Assembly (NCBI GenBank): GCA_011109175.1
Contig: RDEW01000043.1
Coordinates: forward strand, 62,001 to 126,000
From: Dicyema japonicum
Taxonomy: Eukaryota; Animalia; Dicyemida
DNA: 64,000 nt
Direction of reading: 5' to 3'
In this document: positions 61,651-64,000 of the stretch, in pieces
Position numbering within the stretch: the first letter of the stretch is position 1
Layout: every line of letters begins with the position of its first letter
Notes under the pieces: model-generated
The model's database searches: none
Told to the model about the DNA's origin: nothing
The model's input: the letters and a program-made list of their open reading frames with translations, nothing else
Position numbers and translations under genes: made by a program

Positions 61651-62297
61651 TTGTTAACATGAATGAAATATTTTTTGCCGCTTATTTTTTAAATTTTTTA
61701 ATCAAAATAATAAATCCTAAATTAAGTTTTTATTAGTTTTTATTAAATCTTCAAAATTATTTGGGGAAAATAGACATCACCAATCTTTTGGTAGAAGAGA
61801 CACGCTTTTTAATTCAAATACGTTAGCGTTGTTAATGTAATTACAGTAAGACTCTTCATAACTTCCAATTTTGGGAATTCAAAAAATAGTGGCAGTTAAG
61901 ATAAGTTAGCGGTTAGAAGGAGAACAAAGGAAAATTTATTTTTTATAAACCAATTATCAAGTGTGTTGTTTACCCCATTTCCTTTCTTCAACACTTTTAA
62001 AAGTTTATTTAACCCCTCCATTCCATTTAAACCAAACAATTCAGGGTGTTTAAAATAATACTTGAAGAGTTAATAACATTCTTTCGTCTGCCTCTTTAAT
62101 ATTTCCTAGAGAATTATCAAATATTTAAAGGCACTTATTAAATTCATTGCTTTTATCAATTCAGACGTTTCTATTTATTTTTCTAAAAGAATATCTTCTC
62201 TAAATTCGACATTCAAAAAATCCTCTTCTACCATGGGTAAATTATACTTTAAAACAAAATCACTATAATTCTCATTTTAAATTGTTGCATCAACTTA

Positions 62298-62791
62298 CAC
62301 TCAATCCCATAAATGTTGACCCAATTCCCATAAATGGTGTCCAAGTTGTATATATTATACTAATAAATAATTTAGGAAAAAAGTATTTTATTCAATTAAT
62401 CTGTTATTAATTCCATTTACCCTTTCCCAAAAACTGTTGTAATATCTTTCTTTTACGGCCTACTGTCTTGTAAATATCACCGAAAGTAGGATCCTCGAGT
62501 TCACAGCTTTCGATCTTTTGTATACACCTGTTCAAACTCTTTTTACTGATCGAAGTGATGTCAATCAACTCTTTTTTTGTTTTAACTTTGTAAAGTCTTT
62601 TAATTTGATTAAATAGACTTTCGTTCATAAAAACCTTGCGACTTCTCACATCTGTATTAGTTGATACCATAATGGGGGAAATTAAAATATAGATTTACTC
62701 GTGTATATTTATATATATATAACTTGGAAATTATTTATGGGAATTGGGTCAACATTTATGGGAATTGGGTCATAATTTATGGGATTGAGTG
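62298..62791 (-). mobile_element. 494-bp Tc1-like non-autonomous element with IR/DR ends
   Basis: TA|CACTCAATCCCATAAAT...ATTTATGGGATTGAGTG|TA, subterminal ~21-bp direct repeats (gacccaattcccataaat), and ORF 62407-62670 resembling a transposase N-terminal HTH. Confidence 0.85.
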
Positions 62792-62859
62792 TATTACATT
62801 TGGTAGTAAATACATTATATCGACATTTTTCAAGTAAATTTTAATGAACCCACTGAATT

Positions 62860-62985
62860 GACTACGGGCTTGACGAGCGACGCCGTCATCAGTGAACTTC
62901 ACTGCGGAACCGGATCGTCAATAAGGACATACACCCAAAAAAAGAAAACAAAGAAGTGAAGAGCATTCCTTGATCCTCCCTCGAT
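62860..62985 (+). mobile_element. SINE 3' body fragment
   Basis: ggcttgacgagcgacgccgtcatcagtgaacttcactgcggaacc...aaagaagtgaagagcattccttgatcc matches the other SINE copies. Confidence 0.7.
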
Positions 62986-63229
62986 TAGCTATTATAACTG
63001 TTCTTTGCTTAAAATAAAGTGTGTCTGCCTGCAGGGAGCGATAACAGATATGGCTCCTTGGAATGTGCGATTATTATTAATGAAATATTTTTTAAGTTGG
63101 CAGTTAGGAGGAGTTTGCGATATGATTTGGGAATTTTCTATAAAATTTGGCGGTTAGTAGGATTTGAAGGTTAAGAAAATTGGCAGTTAGGAGGAGTTTT
63201 ACTGTAATTATCCCAACAACGCTTACGTG

Positions 63230-64000
63230 AACTTCATTTTTCTGGGTGTTTTCAAGTTCTAGCTTTGTTTTATTTTAGCTCAACGACATAATGAAAGAAG
63301 TTGCTCAGACCAACCAATTAAGTGATAACGGCATTCTTTATGAGGAATCTTGTTATCCTTAAGTTCCCATCGATTTCATGGATTTCCCGTTTTTCTTTTA
63401 AGACTATACCTTTTCAAGTTCAAATTGGGAATAAACAAAATCCCTTGTACCCATTCCCATGCAGTATTCATTCTGAATGATCCACGTTTTATTTCATAAA
63501 ATACCACGCCATTTATTCCAATGCATCCAATCAAATGTATGTTTTCCACTTTTGAACAAGAAATTGCCGTAGTACAACGTTCGCCTCTTATTGATCTTCC
63601 CGTTCTTCGGCTAATATGAATGTTAAAATTAGTTTCATTCATAAAACAATAGGAACGTCATTTGGTTGGTACTCAAGAAGCTTCTCTGCAAATCGTTTCC
63701 TTTTCTGTTCATTTTCGTCAAAGTTTGTGTATTTGGCTCGAAACGATTATTTTTCAAAGTATAGAGAGAATAATCAAGATGTACTCGGATTGACTTTGTT
63801 GAAATATTCAGAGCGAATGTTGATAATAATTCATCTTTTATTTGTTGAAGCGTCAATCTTGGATTATTTTCGATGCATTTAATGATACGATTAATATGCT
63901 CTTCCAAGATTTTCTGACGTCTTTTACCTCCTCTTTTGTCTTGAGTGAATTCTTCCAAGTGAATCCATCTATACAGAGTTGAAGTTTTGATCCTCAAATT
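63230..64000 (-). mobile_element. Tc1/IS630-like transposase, frameshifted, runs off window edge
   Basis: HTH STLYRW...RGGKRRQKILEEH...ENNPRLTLQQIK, then VFMNETNFNIHISRRTGRS..GER, where the first catalytic D reads N. Confidence 0.85.

Larger units (their letters stand above)
61844..63204 (-). mobile_element. pogo/Tigger-like deleted element hosting nested insertions
   Basis: TA|CAGTAAGACTCTTCATAACTTCCAA and TTGGCAGTTAGGAGGAGTTTTACTG|TA are TIRs with TA TSDs. The minus strand at 61930-62260 encodes a Tigger-like C-terminus ending ...VKQHT(T)LDNWFIKK. Confidence 0.75.

Noticed and set aside
45820-62910. CTGATGA motifs as hammerhead ribozyme cores
   Set aside because: They are the antisense SINE body or YADD codons, and lack the downstream GAAA and stems.

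Overview
Eukaryotic, AT-rich nuclear DNA from a metazoan (ETS and NK2-class homeobox genes are present). It combines extreme intron miniaturisation with very high transposon density. Eleven host genes can be reconstructed: NK2-class homeobox, DRAM/TMEM150, SLC7 cationic amino-acid transporter, EGF-like single-pass protein, ETS factor, LRR-like protein, ERH, orphan 4-TM protein, two C-type lectins and DDX11/Chl1. The 38 introns I could place in them are all 21-28 nt. Two appear to be GC-AG, and in ERH the intron phases match what I recall of vertebrate ERH. This pattern suggests a reduced parasitic animal such as a dicyemid or myxozoan, but the taxon cannot be fixed from this window. Most intergenic DNA is transposon debris: about 18 fragments of CRE-like RLE retrotransposons, Jockey/I-group, RTE and R4-like LINEs, a tRNA-derived SINE, pogo/Tigger, Tc1 and hAT remnants, and MITEs. 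There is also an interstitial degenerate (TTAGGG)n tract and a 62-bp minisatellite. Several genes carry single-base frameshifts in short homopolymers, which look like long-read assembly errors. All gene models were built by eye from translation and motif recognition, with no database searches. TE boundaries are approximate unless a TSD or TIR is quoted.
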